DNA of 64,000 bases, from assembly GCA_943354835.1 (NCBI GenBank), contig CALRDH010000002.1, positions 42,270-106,269 on the forward strand. Direction: 5' to 3'. Positions 51,208 through 61,840 of the stretch are shown here, one piece after another (the stretch's first letter is position 1; each line of letters begins with the position of its first letter). The translations under genes were made by a program, and so were the position numbers. Source of the stretch: a candidate division WWE3 bacterium. Its GTDB lineage: Bacteria; Patescibacteriota; WWE3; 2-01-FULL-39-13. The notes under the pieces were generated by a model, which saw only the letters and a list, made by a program, of their open reading frames with translations, was not told the origin of the DNA and ran no database searches.

Positions 51208-53508
51208 ATGAAGAGTTTTGTAAATCGTGCTAATTCGCTTATTCCACGTACAGGTCAAAATAAGTTTCTATACATAGTGGCGGTATTGTCCGGACTTGGT
51301 CTTATGGGGACAATTCTTGGCGCTATAACAACTATTTTTGTTTTTACTGCTTTTTCTAGCACACTTCCCTCGCCTACTAAGCTTACAAATAGACAAGTTC
51401 AAGAATCAACGAAAATTCTTGATAGAAACGGTGTTTTGTTATATTCAGTATTTCAAGATAAAGATAGAACACTTGTAAAGCTTGGAAATATTACTCCGTA
51501 TTTAATAAATGCAACATTGGCAGCGGAAGATGCAGATTTTTATTTGCATTCTGGAATTGATCCTTTGGGAATTGCTCGTAGCTTTTTAGTAACTTTAACT
51601 GGACGCGGAAAACAAGGTGGTTCAACACTTACACAACAGGTTGCTAAAAACGCACTTTTAACATCTGAAAGAACTGTATCTAGAAAAATCAAAGATGTAG
51701 TTTTAGCTTTGCAAATTGAAAAGAATTATTCAAAAGATGAGATTCTTCAAATGTATTTAAATGAAGTTCCATACGGAGGAACAACTTGGGGCGCTGAGGC
51801 AGCATCGAAAACTATTTTTGGCATAAGTGCTTCAAACCTAACATTAGCCCAGGCCGCTTTAATTGCGGGACTGCCTCAGCGCCCCACATACTATTCTCCA
51901 TTTAATGATCCAGAAATTGCTAAAAATCGTCAAAAATATGTTCTCAAATTAATGCATGAAAGAGGTTGGGTCGATCGTGATGGTGTTCATAGAAAGCTAA
52001 CCGATGAGGAATACAAGCAAGCTATTTCTGAGCCATTAATATATGCAACACTAGATACATCAATAAAAGCACCTCATTTTGTAATGTATGTATTAAAGCT
52101 TCTTCGCGAAAAATATGGAGACGCGACGGTTGATGGTGGCGGATTGAGTGTTAGAACTTCACTAGATTTAAAACTTCAAGATGAATTTCAATCTATCGTA
52201 AAAGAAGAAGTTTTAAAATCTCCAAAATTAGAATTTTCAAATGCAGGTCTTATAGCTCTTGAGCCTAAATCTCGAAATATATTAGCGATGGTTGGTTCCA
52301 TAGATTATTTCTCGAAAGAAATTGATGGACAATACAATGTAACAACAGGAAGACGTCAGCCAGGTTCTTCCTTAAAGCCTTTTACATATTTAACAGGACT
52401 TTTACAAGGTTATACAGCTTCATCTCTTATGTATGATGTCTATACTGAATTTCCTATAAAAGATGATCCATCACAAAAACCATATACACCACAAAACTAT
52501 GGAGGTTGGGGCTTTCGTGGCCCTATTCAAGTTAGGTATGCACTTGCCAACTCTGTTAACTCAACTGCTGTAAAAATGCTTGATCTTGTTGGAATTCCTA
52601 ATATGGTAAAGCTCGCCAATGATTTGGGTATTAAATCGTTGGAATATAACCCTACAAAGATTGGTCTTTCTATTGCACTTGGCGGTGGAACTGTTTCTTT
52701 ACTTGATAACACAAATGGATATGCGTCTTTAGCTGATTTGGGGTATTCCAAAGATCCAGTTGCAATTTTAGAAGTTGTCGATAGTAATGGCAAAGTTTTA
52801 GAAAAGGATGTTGATTTCGCAGGAAGACAGGTTGCTGATCCACGAGCTGTTTGGATAATTACAGATATTTTGTCAGATAATAATGCAAGAACGCAAGCTT
52901 TTGGGCCAAGATCGCAGTTATATATTCCAGGAAATAATAAAGTTGCAGTTAAAACAGGAACTTCTAATGATCTAAAAGATAACTGGACTATTGGTTTTAC
53001 ACCAGATATAACAATTGGCGTATGGGTCGGAAATAATGATGGAACTCCTATGAATATACGTTTAGCATCAGGTCTAACGGGTGCTGCACCTATTTGGAAT
53101 CGTGCAATTACTTCATACTTAAAGGATCATCCAAACCCAGAATTCCCAAAGCCAGAAGGTGTTGTTGATGCTTGGGTTGGAACTTTATCTGGAATGGTTC
53201 AGTATGAAGATAAAGAAGATCGTCGAATGGAATATTTTGTAACAGGAACAGAGCCAAAATCAAAGTCAGAAATATTTCAACGAGCTAAAATTTGTGACGA
53301 TGGCAAAATCGAAGACAGGGTATATACGGTTTATACAGCCGAGAAACCTGACTGGCAAAAATATGTTGAAGCATGGATCGATAATAAATATAAAGATGAT
53401 GAAGATGCTCGCAATTTATACAGAGGCCCAGAATACGATAAGGAACATAATTCAGATAAATTTGATTTAGAAAATTGCGAAGATAACAATGAGGACGAGA
53501 ATAATTAG
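51208..53508 (+). CDS. Class A penicillin-binding protein (PBP1A family)
   Basis: EDADFYLH, GGSTLTQQ, RKIKD transglycosylase; SSLK, SVN, KTGT transpeptidase. Confidence 0.93.
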   Translation: MKSFVNRANSLIPRTGQNKFLYIVAVLSGLGLMGTILGAITTIFVFTAFSSTLPSPTKLTNRQVQESTKILDRNGVLLYSVFQDKDRTLVKLGNITPYLINATLAAEDADFYLHSGIDPLGIARSFLVTLTGRGKQGGSTLTQQVAKNALLTSERTVSRKIKDVVLALQIEKNYSKDEILQMYLNEVPYGGTTWGAEAASKTIFGISASNLTLAQAALIAGLPQRPTYYSPFNDPEIAKNRQKYVLKLMHERGWVDRDGVHRKLTDEEYKQAISEPLIYATLDTSIKAPHFVMYVLKLLREKYGDATVDGGGLSVRTSLDLKLQDEFQSIVKEEVLKSPKLEFSNAGLIALEPKSRNILAMVGSIDYFSKEIDGQYNVTTGRRQPGSSLKPFTYLTGLLQGYTASSLMYDVYTEFPIKDDPSQKPYTPQNYGGWGFRGPIQVRYALANSVNSTAVKMLDLVGIPNMVKLANDLGIKSLEYNPTKIGLSIALGGGTVSLLDNTNGYASLADLGYSKDPVAILEVVDSNGKVLEKDVDFAGRQVADPRAVWIITDILSDNNARTQAFGPRSQLYIPGNNKVAVKTGTSNDLKDNWTIGFTPDITIGVWVGNNDGTPMNIRLASGLTGAAPIWNRAITSYLKDHPNPEFPKPEGVVDAWVGTLSGMVQYEDKEDRRMEYFVTGTEPKSKSEIFQRAKICDDGKIEDRVYTVYTAEKPDWQKYVEAWIDNKYKDDEDARNLYRGPEYDKEHNSDKFDLENCEDNNEDENN

Positions 53509-55490
53509 TCTCTTAGCTTGAATCCTTTTTTAGAAAGCATATTTACGATTTTTTCTTTTAGTTTTCCTACTGATTCTTTTGTGAGTTTATTTTCTGCATC
53601 TTCAAATATAATTTTTACAGTAATGGATATTTTATTTAAACCAAGTTTTGCATCTTCATAAAGGTCTACTATTTCTATTTGAGAAATCAATTCCTTTTCT
53701 GATTTTATGATTTCAATAATTTCACCTAGCGCTTTATTTTTTGAAACAACGAGTGAAAGCTCCTCTACTATTTTTTGAGACAGTGACGATTTTATAAGCG
53801 TTGATGGAACGTTTTGAAGATTCACAATTTCAGATATTTCATCTGTTATTAATTCGAATCCAGATTGGAATAAATTCGCAATTAGTTTTTTGTTGTAAAA
53901 ATACTTTAGGTGATTTTCTTCTGCATCATATTTGAGGCCATCGTCATTTATGCCAAGTTTATTAATGAGTGCTATAAAATCAGGTTTAACTTTTTGTTTG
54001 AATAATGTTTCAAGATTTTTATCTGTTGCATAAACTGTTTCAATTCTTCGTTCTTCGTTATATTCGCCCTGCTTTACTTTCATATATATTTTGCCGACTT
54101 CAAAAATGCCGATGTTAAGATTTCCTGCTTTTGCATTTCTTGATAAAACTGGAAGTAATGTTTCTCTTATTGTTGTCCTTAGACCGTCTAGTTCAGCATT
54201 TAACGGATTTTCAAGTTGAATTTGATTCTTTATCTCTTTTGTATATTTAACAAGTGGATTTGTAATGTGTTCTGACAAACCAATGTTTACTAAAATGTCT
54301 CTGATTTTTTCTTCAACTAGAAGAACTTTTGGCGTTGAGAAATCTGGTGGAGAAGCACTTATTCCTGTTCGTGGAATATGTTCATATCCTTTTAATCTTA
54401 GAACTTCTTCTACAAGATCCGCCTGGATTTTTACATCTGTACGATGATCTGGAATAGCAACCGTAATTATATCTTTGTTTACTCCCAAAGCCTCTTTTTG
54501 ATCTGTGATTTTAAATTCTAAGTTTTCTAAAAGTCTAATTACCTCCTCTTTCTCTAGATGAATTCCACCAAGTCTTTCAATTTCAAACACATTAAAATCA
54601 ATTGTTTTAAGTGGTTCATTGTTTTCGTAGTGATCCTCAATTTGAACTACAACTCCAGAGCAAAGTTGTTGTATTAAAAGTGTTGCGCGTCTTATCGCAA
54701 CTTCAACCATTTCAGGATTTAAGAATTTTTCATGTCTTAATGATGCTTCGGTTCTAATTCCATGTCTAAGCGCGGTTCTTCTTACAGTTGCATGGTCGTA
54801 TACTGCGGCTTCAAGTAAAATTTCTGAAGTATTCGCATCAATATCTGAATTTGCTCCGCCTATTATGCCTGCAATTGCCACTGGTTTTTTTGAATCAGCG
54901 ACAACAATATCTTCTGTTGTTAGATTTATTTTTGTTTTTTGCCAGGTTTCAAAACTTTCCTCATCGGCTGCGTGTCTAATAGTTAAGAGAGAGTGCCCTT
55001 TTGATTTGTCTAATTTTTTGACATCAAATGCATGTAGTGGAATTCCATATTCAAGCATTACATAGTTTGTAATATCCACTAAATTGTTTTTTGTAGAAAT
55101 TCCATATGCATTTAACGCGTTAATAATATATTCGGGCGATTTTTTGATGTGAATATTTTTTATTTGAACAGTACAGAATCTTTTCACGCTATTTTTTGAT
55201 TGAACGCTTAAGTTTTCTTTTGGAGTTCCCCAATTTGTGTCAAATTCTTGAGTGATTTCAGGATAATTTACTTTTTTCCCAAGGTACGCTGCGTATTCTC
55301 TTGCGACTCCAATAATTGACAACATGTCCGAACGGTTTTGTCTAATTTCTAAATCTATAACTTTGTCATTTTCAATATCTTTAATTGGACCATCTTGCAT
55401 AAATTCAAGACCGGTCATGATATCGCCAAATTCCTTTGGTGTGTGTTCAAGTTTTATATATTTTTCAAGCCAGCTTAATGGTACTTTCAT
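53505..55490 (-). CDS. pheT: Phenylalanyl-tRNA synthetase beta subunit (lacks B2 domain)
   Basis: MKVPLSWL, NRSDMLSIIGVARE, NNLVDITNYVMLEYG, DLVEEVLR. Confidence 0.94.
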   Translation of the reverse strand: MKVPLSWLEKYIKLEHTPKEFGDIMTGLEFMQDGPIKDIENDKVIDLEIRQNRSDMLSIIGVAREYAAYLGKKVNYPEITQEFDTNWGTPKENLSVQSKNSVKRFCTVQIKNIHIKKSPEYIINALNAYGISTKNNLVDITNYVMLEYGIPLHAFDVKKLDKSKGHSLLTIRHAADEESFETWQKTKINLTTEDIVVADSKKPVAIAGIIGGANSDIDANTSEILLEAAVYDHATVRRTALRHGIRTEASLRHEKFLNPEMVEVAIRRATLLIQQLCSGVVVQIEDHYENNEPLKTIDFNVFEIERLGGIHLEKEEVIRLLENLEFKITDQKEALGVNKDIITVAIPDHRTDVKIQADLVEEVLRLKGYEHIPRTGISASPPDFSTPKVLLVEEKIRDILVNIGLSEHITNPLVKYTKEIKNQIQLENPLNAELDGLRTTIRETLLPVLSRNAKAGNLNIGIFEVGKIYMKVKQGEYNEERRIETVYATDKNLETLFKQKVKPDFIALINKLGINDDGLKYDAEENHLKYFYNKKLIANLFQSGFELITDEISEIVNLQNVPSTLIKSSLSQKIVEELSLVVSKNKALGEIIEIIKSEKELISQIEIVDLYEDAKLGLNKISITVKIIFEDAENKLTKESVGKLKEKIVNMLSKKGFKLRD

Positions 55491-55501
55491 GTTTTTTTCA
55501 A

Positions 55502-56503
55502 CTATACGTAAACAATATTTCCATTTATCAAAAGTCTTATATCGCGAATTTTGAATCTTTGCATTGCAATTCTATCGAGACCCCATCCGAATGCAAAACC
55601 TGAATATTCATTTGTATCAATGCCAGCTTCTTTAAGTGTATTAGGGTGTATCATTCCGCCTCCGGCAATTTCAATCCAACCTCTAAATTTACATATTTCA
55701 CAACCAGCACCAACACAAAATTTACATTCAATATCGGGGCTTAGTCCAGGCTCAACTTCTGGATAGTATTTTGCCCTAAATCGTATTTTTGTATCTTCAC
55801 CAAGTATAAATTTTAGTGACTTTGTAAAAATCCATTTTAGATTTGCCATTGTTATATTCTTATCTACGCAAACGCCTTGGAATTGATGGAATATTGCGCC
55901 ATTACTTTTGCTTCCCGTTTCGTTTCGGAATGCCTTTCCTCCGTTTACAAATCTAATTGGTGGTTTTGTGTTTTTTAAAATGCGAGCTTCTATACTTGAT
56001 GTTTGAGTGCGAAGCAAATGTTCTGGTTCTAGAATATATAAAGTATCTTGTAATTCACGGGCTGGATGATCTTTTGGAACTCCCATCATTTCAAAATTAT
56101 AGTAATCGCTTTCAATTTCAGGGCCATCTTGTACAGAAAATCCATAATAATGGAAAAATTGATAGAGTTCTCTTGTTACGATAGTTACGGGATGAAGATT
56201 TCCAATCTTTGTTGGATTTACAGGATAAGTTAAATCGAATTTTTCAGAACTAGTGTTATCTGATGTGTCTTTTTTATTTTTAATTTCAGATTCGACTAAA
56301 GATTTAAAGGTATTAAGGTCTTTTGATACATCTTTTTTTATGTCTGATGAGAGATCTCTTATACCGGCAAAAAGGGTATTAACAATACCCTTTTTGCCCA
56401 AGTATTTTACATAAATGGAATCAATATCTAAATCCTCAAGGTCCTTTTTGAACTCTTTAATATAGGTGTCTATTGCAGGATTTTCTTTATTTGTGTTCAC
56501 CAT
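55502..56503 (-). CDS. pheS: Phenylalanyl-tRNA synthetase alpha subunit
   Basis: HPARELQDT, LLRTQTS, GFAFGWGLDRIAM. Confidence 0.95.
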   Translation of the reverse strand: MVNTNKENPAIDTYIKEFKKDLEDLDIDSIYVKYLGKKGIVNTLFAGIRDLSSDIKKDVSKDLNTFKSLVESEIKNKKDTSDNTSSEKFDLTYPVNPTKIGNLHPVTIVTRELYQFFHYYGFSVQDGPEIESDYYNFEMMGVPKDHPARELQDTLYILEPEHLLRTQTSSIEARILKNTKPPIRFVNGGKAFRNETGSKSNGAIFHQFQGVCVDKNITMANLKWIFTKSLKFILGEDTKIRFRAKYYPEVEPGLSPDIECKFCVGAGCEICKFRGWIEIAGGGMIHPNTLKEAGIDTNEYSGFAFGWGLDRIAMQRFKIRDIRLLINGNIVYV

Positions 56504-56519
56504 GAAAAGCGTTGTCCTA

Positions 56520-56867
56520 TTACTCTGTTACTTTTTTTACGACTTTTTCAAAAGCTTTCGGATATGAAACTGCTAATTCAGATAAAATCTTTCTGTCTAA
56601 TATTATCTTGCTTGCGTTTAGATTTTTGATAAATAAAGAATATCTGGTATTGAAAGCTTTTAGTCCGGCATTTATTCGGATTATCCATAATTGCTTCATA
56701 TCTCTTTTTCGAAGTTTGCGTCCTTTAAAAGCATGTTCGCCTGAACGAATAAATGCCTCTTCTGCTCTTCTAAAAAGCTTGCTTCTTGTTCCCCAAAAGC
56801 CTTTGTTTGCATCTAATATCTTTTTGTGTCGTCTGCGTCTTACAACGCCAGTTTTTGCTCGTGGCAT
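56520..56867 (-). CDS. rplT: 50S ribosomal protein L20
   Basis: MPRAKTGVVRRRRHKK, LWIIRINA, LDRKILSELA. Confidence 0.97.
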   Translation of the reverse strand: MPRAKTGVVRRRRHKKILDANKGFWGTRSKLFRRAEEAFIRSGEHAFKGRKLRKRDMKQLWIIRINAGLKAFNTRYSLFIKNLNASKIILDRKILSELAVSYPKAFEKVVKKVTE

Positions 56868-56886
56868 AATTTATTATTGACTAATT

Positions 56887-57090
56887 TTATACTTTTAACA
56901 TCTTCAAGAACTTCTTTTTGAATTTTCCTTTGATTGTTTCAATACCTTTTTTTCTGTTTTTTGTACTAGAGTCATCTTTTCTACCTAAATGTGTAGTTTT
57001 GCTGTGTTCTCTTAATACCTTCCCTGTTTTTGAAAGTTTAAATCTTTTAACTACGACTTTTCTTGTTTTCATTTTTTGTTTTTTTGCCAT
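56887..57090 (-). CDS. rpmI: 50S ribosomal protein L35
   Basis: KMKTRK..VKRFKLSKTGKV; synteny infC-rpmI-rplT. Confidence 0.92.
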   Translation of the reverse strand: MAKKQKMKTRKVVVKRFKLSKTGKVLREHSKTTHLGRKDDSSTKNRKKGIETIKGKFKKKFLKMLKV

Positions 57091-57097
57091 TTTATTT

Positions 57098-57598
57098 TTA
57101 TTTAGATACCGGCATGAATGTTACAGTCATAAGTTGTCCAAGCATTTGCATTGGTCTTTCAACTTTTCCTACTCCATTCAGCTCTGACTCTATTATTTTA
57201 ATCTTAATTTCGCCACGTTCTGGGTAAGTTGCTTCCCTACCCTTGAATTTCACAGTGTATTTTACCATATTACCGTCTTCTAGAAATTCTTTTCCGCGTC
57301 TAATACGAACATTCAAATCCCCTTCACTTATATTCGGAGACATTGTGAATTCTTTTAATTCAGTCTTTTTGGTTTTTGTTTTTTTGAGTTTACCTTTTTG
57401 TTCGTAGATATACTTGTTGTAGTCTACTATTTTACAAACTGGTGGAACCGCAAATCCTGAAACCTCTAAAAGATCGAGGCCGGCATCTTTTGCCATTTTG
57501 ATTGCCTCGTCACGAGATTTCACACCAACATTTTCTCCGTTTTGATCAATAAGCCTTACTTCTTTCGAGCTTATCTTTTCATTAAGTTTTAGATACAA
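57098..57598 (-). CDS. infC: Translation initiation factor IF-3 (TTG start)
   Basis: NEKI...VRLID, PPVCKIVDYNKYIYE, FKGRE. Confidence 0.95.
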   Translation of the reverse strand: MYLKLNEKISSKEVRLIDQNGENVGVKSRDEAIKMAKDAGLDLLEVSGFAVPPVCKIVDYNKYIYEQKGKLKKTKTKKTELKEFTMSPNISEGDLNVRIRRGKEFLEDGNMVKYTVKFKGREATYPERGEIKIKIIESELNGVGKVERPMQMLGQLMTVTFMPVSK

Positions 57599-57615
57599 CC
57601 GAAAACCCTTTCAAA

Positions 57616-59412
57616 TCAAATATTAACTTCAAGCGATTTCGTCATTATATTGGTTTTTATAGTACTAGTAAAGGTTTTTAAATCAACATTATTTTTTTGT
57701 TTACCTTCCCTTGTTCTTATTGAAACCGTTTGTGCCTCTGCTTCCTTTTCGCCAATGATTAACATATATGGAACCTTCTGTTCTTGTGCCTTCCTAATCT
57801 TATTTCCCATAGTTTCGGAAGTTAAGTCAGATTCTGTACGTATATCTTCCATATTTAATACTGATTCAATCTTTTTTGCATAGTCAAAAGATTTCTCGGA
57901 AATGGCTATAATCATAACTTGAACCGGAGAAAGCCAAACCGGAAAGGCTCCGCCAGTGCTTTCAATCAGATTTGCAATAAACCTTCCATATGATCCTAGT
58001 ATTGCTCTATGCATCATAACAGGAGTTTTTTCGGCACCATTTTCGTCTATGTAAGTAAGCTCAAATCTTTTTGGCATTGCAAAATCAACTTGAACAGTCG
58101 CTAATTGTCTATCGTTTCCTTGAACATCTTTTAACATGAAATCTATCTTTGGTCCGTAAAGTGCTGCTTCTCCAATCATTACTTTTGCATTTAGTTTTAG
58201 CTCATCAGAAATTTGTTGCAACATAGATTCAGCTTTTTTCCAGTCAGCTACTTCACCAATATATTTTTCTGGAGTATTTGGGTTACTAAATGAAAGTGAT
58301 ATCCAATGTTTTCCCCACATGCCAAGGCCAGTATAAAATTCCTCTACGATTTTTATCGTATTTATTATTTCTTGTTTTATTTGGTCGGGTGTACAAAAAG
58401 TGTGCCCGTCATCTATTTCAAATGATCTTGTTCTATTTAAACCACCAATTGCGCCTGGTTTTTCATCTCGGTGTTGTTGAGTTGATTCTATATACCTAAT
58501 TGGCAAATCCCTATAGCTTCTTGGTTTTGAAGCGTAAATTTGCGTGTGATGAGGGCAATTTACAGGTTTTAGCACAAACTCTTCATCGTAGTGGCTTGTT
58601 ACTTTAAAAAGCTCGTCTGAGAATTTCTGCGCATGCCCTGATATTTTATATAGGTCTATTTTGGCAAGGTGTGGAATATTAACTTCTTGTACGCCGTACT
58701 TTTTGCTCATTTTAACAAGTGCGTTTTTAAGTTCATTTTTGATTATTGTGCCTTTTGGTGTGTACATAACAAAGCCTTTACCGACAAGGTCTGAAAACGC
58801 AAAAAGATCAAGTTTTTTTCCTAATACTCTGTGATCATTTGCTAATTGTTTTTCTCTTTCTTCTATATAGGCATCTAAATCTTTCTGCGTTTCAAATGCC
58901 GTTCCATATATTCTTGTTAGCATTTCATTTTTTTCGCTACCTCTCCAATAGGCTCCAGCGATTGAAAGTAATTTAAAAGCACCAACTTCAGATGTTTTTG
59001 TAACATGAGGTCCTGCACATAGGTCTACGAATACATCTTCGCCCTTCTCTGGATCGCCTGTGTAATAAATCGAAAGAGTTTTCCCTTCTGCCAAAAATTC
59101 ATCTATAAACTCTTGTTTAAACGGATTATCTTTAAATAGTTCTCTTGCTTTGCTTTCTGATATTTCTTTATAAATGAATGGCAAATTCGCATCAATGATT
59201 TTTTGCATTTCTGCTTCTATCTTTGGAAAATCTTCTTCTGTAATTTTGTAACCCCATCTAGAATCGTTGTAAAAACCGGTATCAATAGCTGGTCCCATTG
59301 CTCTAAGGACTTGATTTGGGAAAACAGACTCCACTGCTTGATTAAAAATATGCTCGGCAGAGTGGCGTATTTTGTCTAGTTTGTTAAATTTATCTATATC
59401 TTTATCTTTCAT
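57616..59412 (-). CDS. thrS: Threonyl-tRNA synthetase
   Basis: RHSAEH, DLCAGPHV, LKPVNCPHH, ALYGPKID, HRAILGS. Confidence 0.96.
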   Translation of the reverse strand: MKDKDIDKFNKLDKIRHSAEHIFNQAVESVFPNQVLRAMGPAIDTGFYNDSRWGYKITEEDFPKIEAEMQKIIDANLPFIYKEISESKARELFKDNPFKQEFIDEFLAEGKTLSIYYTGDPEKGEDVFVDLCAGPHVTKTSEVGAFKLLSIAGAYWRGSEKNEMLTRIYGTAFETQKDLDAYIEEREKQLANDHRVLGKKLDLFAFSDLVGKGFVMYTPKGTIIKNELKNALVKMSKKYGVQEVNIPHLAKIDLYKISGHAQKFSDELFKVTSHYDEEFVLKPVNCPHHTQIYASKPRSYRDLPIRYIESTQQHRDEKPGAIGGLNRTRSFEIDDGHTFCTPDQIKQEIINTIKIVEEFYTGLGMWGKHWISLSFSNPNTPEKYIGEVADWKKAESMLQQISDELKLNAKVMIGEAALYGPKIDFMLKDVQGNDRQLATVQVDFAMPKRFELTYIDENGAEKTPVMMHRAILGSYGRFIANLIESTGGAFPVWLSPVQVMIIAISEKSFDYAKKIESVLNMEDIRTESDLTSETMGNKIRKAQEQKVPYMLIIGEKEAEAQTVSIRTREGKQKNNVDLKTFTSTIKTNIMTKSLEVNI

Positions 59413-59471
59413 TTTTTATATTATATACGAAAAAATTATACTTTTGGTTGTTTTACGAAAATATGTACCCC

Positions 59472-59849
59472 TTAAGGGGTTTGTGTTTTTGTTGAAAGCA
59501 TTGACTTGATTTCTTCTAGAGCTTTTGTTGAATTCATTTGATGTTCTTTTAGCATTTTTATTTCATCCATTACGTTTTGTGTGATATTAACGTCTTCCTT
59601 TACCAATTTCCTGTCGCTTTCGCGATGTGACATGTCTTTCTTTTCTTTTTCTTCTTCTTGTCTATATTCAGCCATTAAAATTAAAATACCAATGTAAATT
59701 GCTTCAATCGAAACGAAAGTCGTAAAAAATAATAAATCATGAGACAGAATTAGTATTATTATAAAAAGCACTGTGTGCCCTATTATTGAGTACCAAGACC
59801 CAAAAAGTGCAATTATTAATTTATTGAATAGTCCAGAATGTTGATTCAT
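59472..59849 (-). CDS. DUF1003-like membrane protein
   Basis: FGSW...VSIEAIYIGILILM followed by a coiled coil. Confidence 0.7.
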   Translation of the reverse strand: MNQHSGLFNKLIIALFGSWYSIIGHTVLFIIILILSHDLLFFTTFVSIEAIYIGILILMAEYRQEEEKEKKDMSHRESDRKLVKEDVNITQNVMDEIKMLKEHQMNSTKALEEIKSMLSTKTQTP

Positions 59850-59973
59850 TTTGTAGTGTCTAATCTTTTGACAAGATCATTGTATGCCTTTAGAGTGTTA
59901 ACAGCAATCCAGCAATTTGTCCAGAAATATCATCAAGTGGGAAAGACACTCCATAATTTATTATTATAGCCTT

Positions 59974-61053
59974 TTACAAATAATCCGTTTTTCCCTCAAG
60001 TTCGAGTTCTTTAAGAAATTGTTTTATTTTCCCATTATCATCTTTGTGGAAAATTGCTACAACATCCTCAGTATTTATGACAATCATATCTTTTAACCTT
60101 ATTGTTGCGATTAATTTTTTAGGTTCATAGTTATAGATTAAAGTTCCATTTGAATCCATGTCTTTCACATTGCCTTTGGTAACGACGGATTCTGCTGATT
60201 CAGCTAGTGTTTCATGTAGTGATATCCATTCTCCTACGTCGCTCCAACCCATATCGACTTTTAGGACTATTGCTTCATCCTTATTAATGTTTTCTGATAT
60301 GACGTAATCGAAACTTATTTTTTCTAGTACACTAAAAAGTCTAAGTGAGTTATCTGAAAAACCTTGTGAGGCAATCTCCATTATTGTTTTATATACCTCA
60401 GGAGCAAAGGTTTTGTATTTATCCATAATTAGGTTTGGTTTTGAGACAAAGTAACCAGGGTTCCAACTATAATCACCGGATTTTAGGTATTGTTGCGCTA
60501 CTTCAAGTGTTGGTTTTTCAACAAATCTTAAAAATTCACAAATTACTATTTTTCCGGCATTATCAACAGTTTTTATTTTTTTTCCGTATTTTATATATCC
60601 TCGGTGTGGGCTTGCCATTCTTGGAGGTACGCCAATTATTACTATTTTGTCACTTGTTTTAGCCAGCTTTTCAGCAGATTTTAGTGCTAAGTTAAAGATT
60701 GCGGGATCTTTTATAAAATGGTCAGCCCATTGAGTGGAAACAATTTCATTTGGATGTTTTGCGTTTACATAAGCTATAGCAAGTGCGACCGCAGGTCCCG
60801 TATCTCTCATATCTGGCTCAAATATAAAGTTTTCTTTTGGCAATTCAGGAATAATCTTCTCCGCTTCGTTTTTATATGCGATACCAGTACTTAAGAATAT
60901 GTCTTCTGCTTTAAATCCTCTTAATAAATATTCAAATTTTACCCTAATTAAAGGTTTATTTTCTATAATTGATTGAAATTGTTTTGGAGATTTTTTTCTA
61001 CTTGCTGGCCAAAATCTAGTCCCGGTTCCTCCTGCGAATATTATATGTTTCAT
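59974..61053 (-). CDS. manC: Mannose-1-phosphate guanylyltransferase
   Basis: AGGTGTRFWPASRKKSPKQF, EP..RDTGPA, FVEKP, WSDVGEW. Confidence 0.9.
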   Translation of the reverse strand: MKHIIFAGGTGTRFWPASRKKSPKQFQSIIENKPLIRVKFEYLLRGFKAEDIFLSTGIAYKNEAEKIIPELPKENFIFEPDMRDTGPAVALAIAYVNAKHPNEIVSTQWADHFIKDPAIFNLALKSAEKLAKTSDKIVIIGVPPRMASPHRGYIKYGKKIKTVDNAGKIVICEFLRFVEKPTLEVAQQYLKSGDYSWNPGYFVSKPNLIMDKYKTFAPEVYKTIMEIASQGFSDNSLRLFSVLEKISFDYVISENINKDEAIVLKVDMGWSDVGEWISLHETLAESAESVVTKGNVKDMDSNGTLIYNYEPKKLIATIRLKDMIVINTEDVVAIFHKDDNGKIKQFLKELELEGKTDYL

Positions 61054-61137
61054 ATTAAAATTTTAACTCCTTTAATTCTTTTTCTATACAAGTAGCTTAA
61101 AAAATAAACTGTATTCCGATCTTACTTTTAAGTTTTC

Positions 61138-61214
61138 TGGTGGGTAGTATAGGACTTGAACCTATGACCTTCACAATGTCAATGTGACGCTCTAGCCAGC
61201 TGAGCTAACCACCC
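61138..61214 (-). tRNA. tRNA-Val(GAC)
   Basis: GGGTGGT/ACTACCC acceptor; anticodon arm TCACA-TTGACAT-TGTGA; CCA. Confidence 0.95.
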
Positions 61215-61235
61215 ACGAAATGTGAATTAAACTAA

Positions 61236-61820
61236 TTATTTCTTTAGTATTTTATCAATTATGCCGTATTTTAGAGCTTCATCTGGAGTCATATGAAAAT
61301 CGCGCTCTGCATCTTTTTCGATTTGCTTTACAGATGTTCCTGTGTCTTCACTTAATCTTTTATAAAGTTGTTCTCGAAGTCTTATAATTTCTTTTGCTTG
61401 GATTTCAATATCTGTTGCTTGACCTTCTGAACCGCCACTTGGTTGATGAATCATTATCATTGAATGTGGCAATGAAAATCTTTTTCCTTTTGTTCCGGCC
61501 GCAAGCAAAACTGATCCCATAGATGCTGCCATTCCAACGCAAATTGTTGAGACGTCACATTTAAGGTGTTTTATAGTATCGTATATCGCCATTCCGCTAT
61601 ATACCATTCCGCCCGGAGAATTCACATAAATACTTATATCCTTTGTTTCATCTTCGGCTTGAAGGTACAAAAGTTGTGCGATTACAGTATTTGCCATATC
61701 CATATCAATGGCTCCACCAATAAACACAATTCTTTCTTTTAAAAGTCTTGAATAAATATCATAAGATCTTTCGTATCCACTTGGATCTTTTTCTACGACC
61801 ATCGGAATAAGTATGCTCAT
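61236..61820 (-). CDS. clpP: ATP-dependent Clp protease proteolytic subunit
   Basis: [29 protein letters not shown]. Confidence 0.97.
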   Translation of the reverse strand: MSILIPMVVEKDPSGYERSYDIYSRLLKERIVFIGGAIDMDMANTVIAQLLYLQAEDETKDISIYVNSPGGMVYSGMAIYDTIKHLKCDVSTICVGMAASMGSVLLAAGTKGKRFSLPHSMIMIHQPSGGSEGQATDIEIQAKEIIRLREQLYKRLSEDTGTSVKQIEKDAERDFHMTPDEALKYGIIDKILKK

Positions 61821-61840
61821 GTTTTTGATTATACTATAAA

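Noticed and set aside
59850-59973. Possible small ORF or RNA between manC and DUF1003
   Set aside because: Only an 18-codon ORF and no convincing structure
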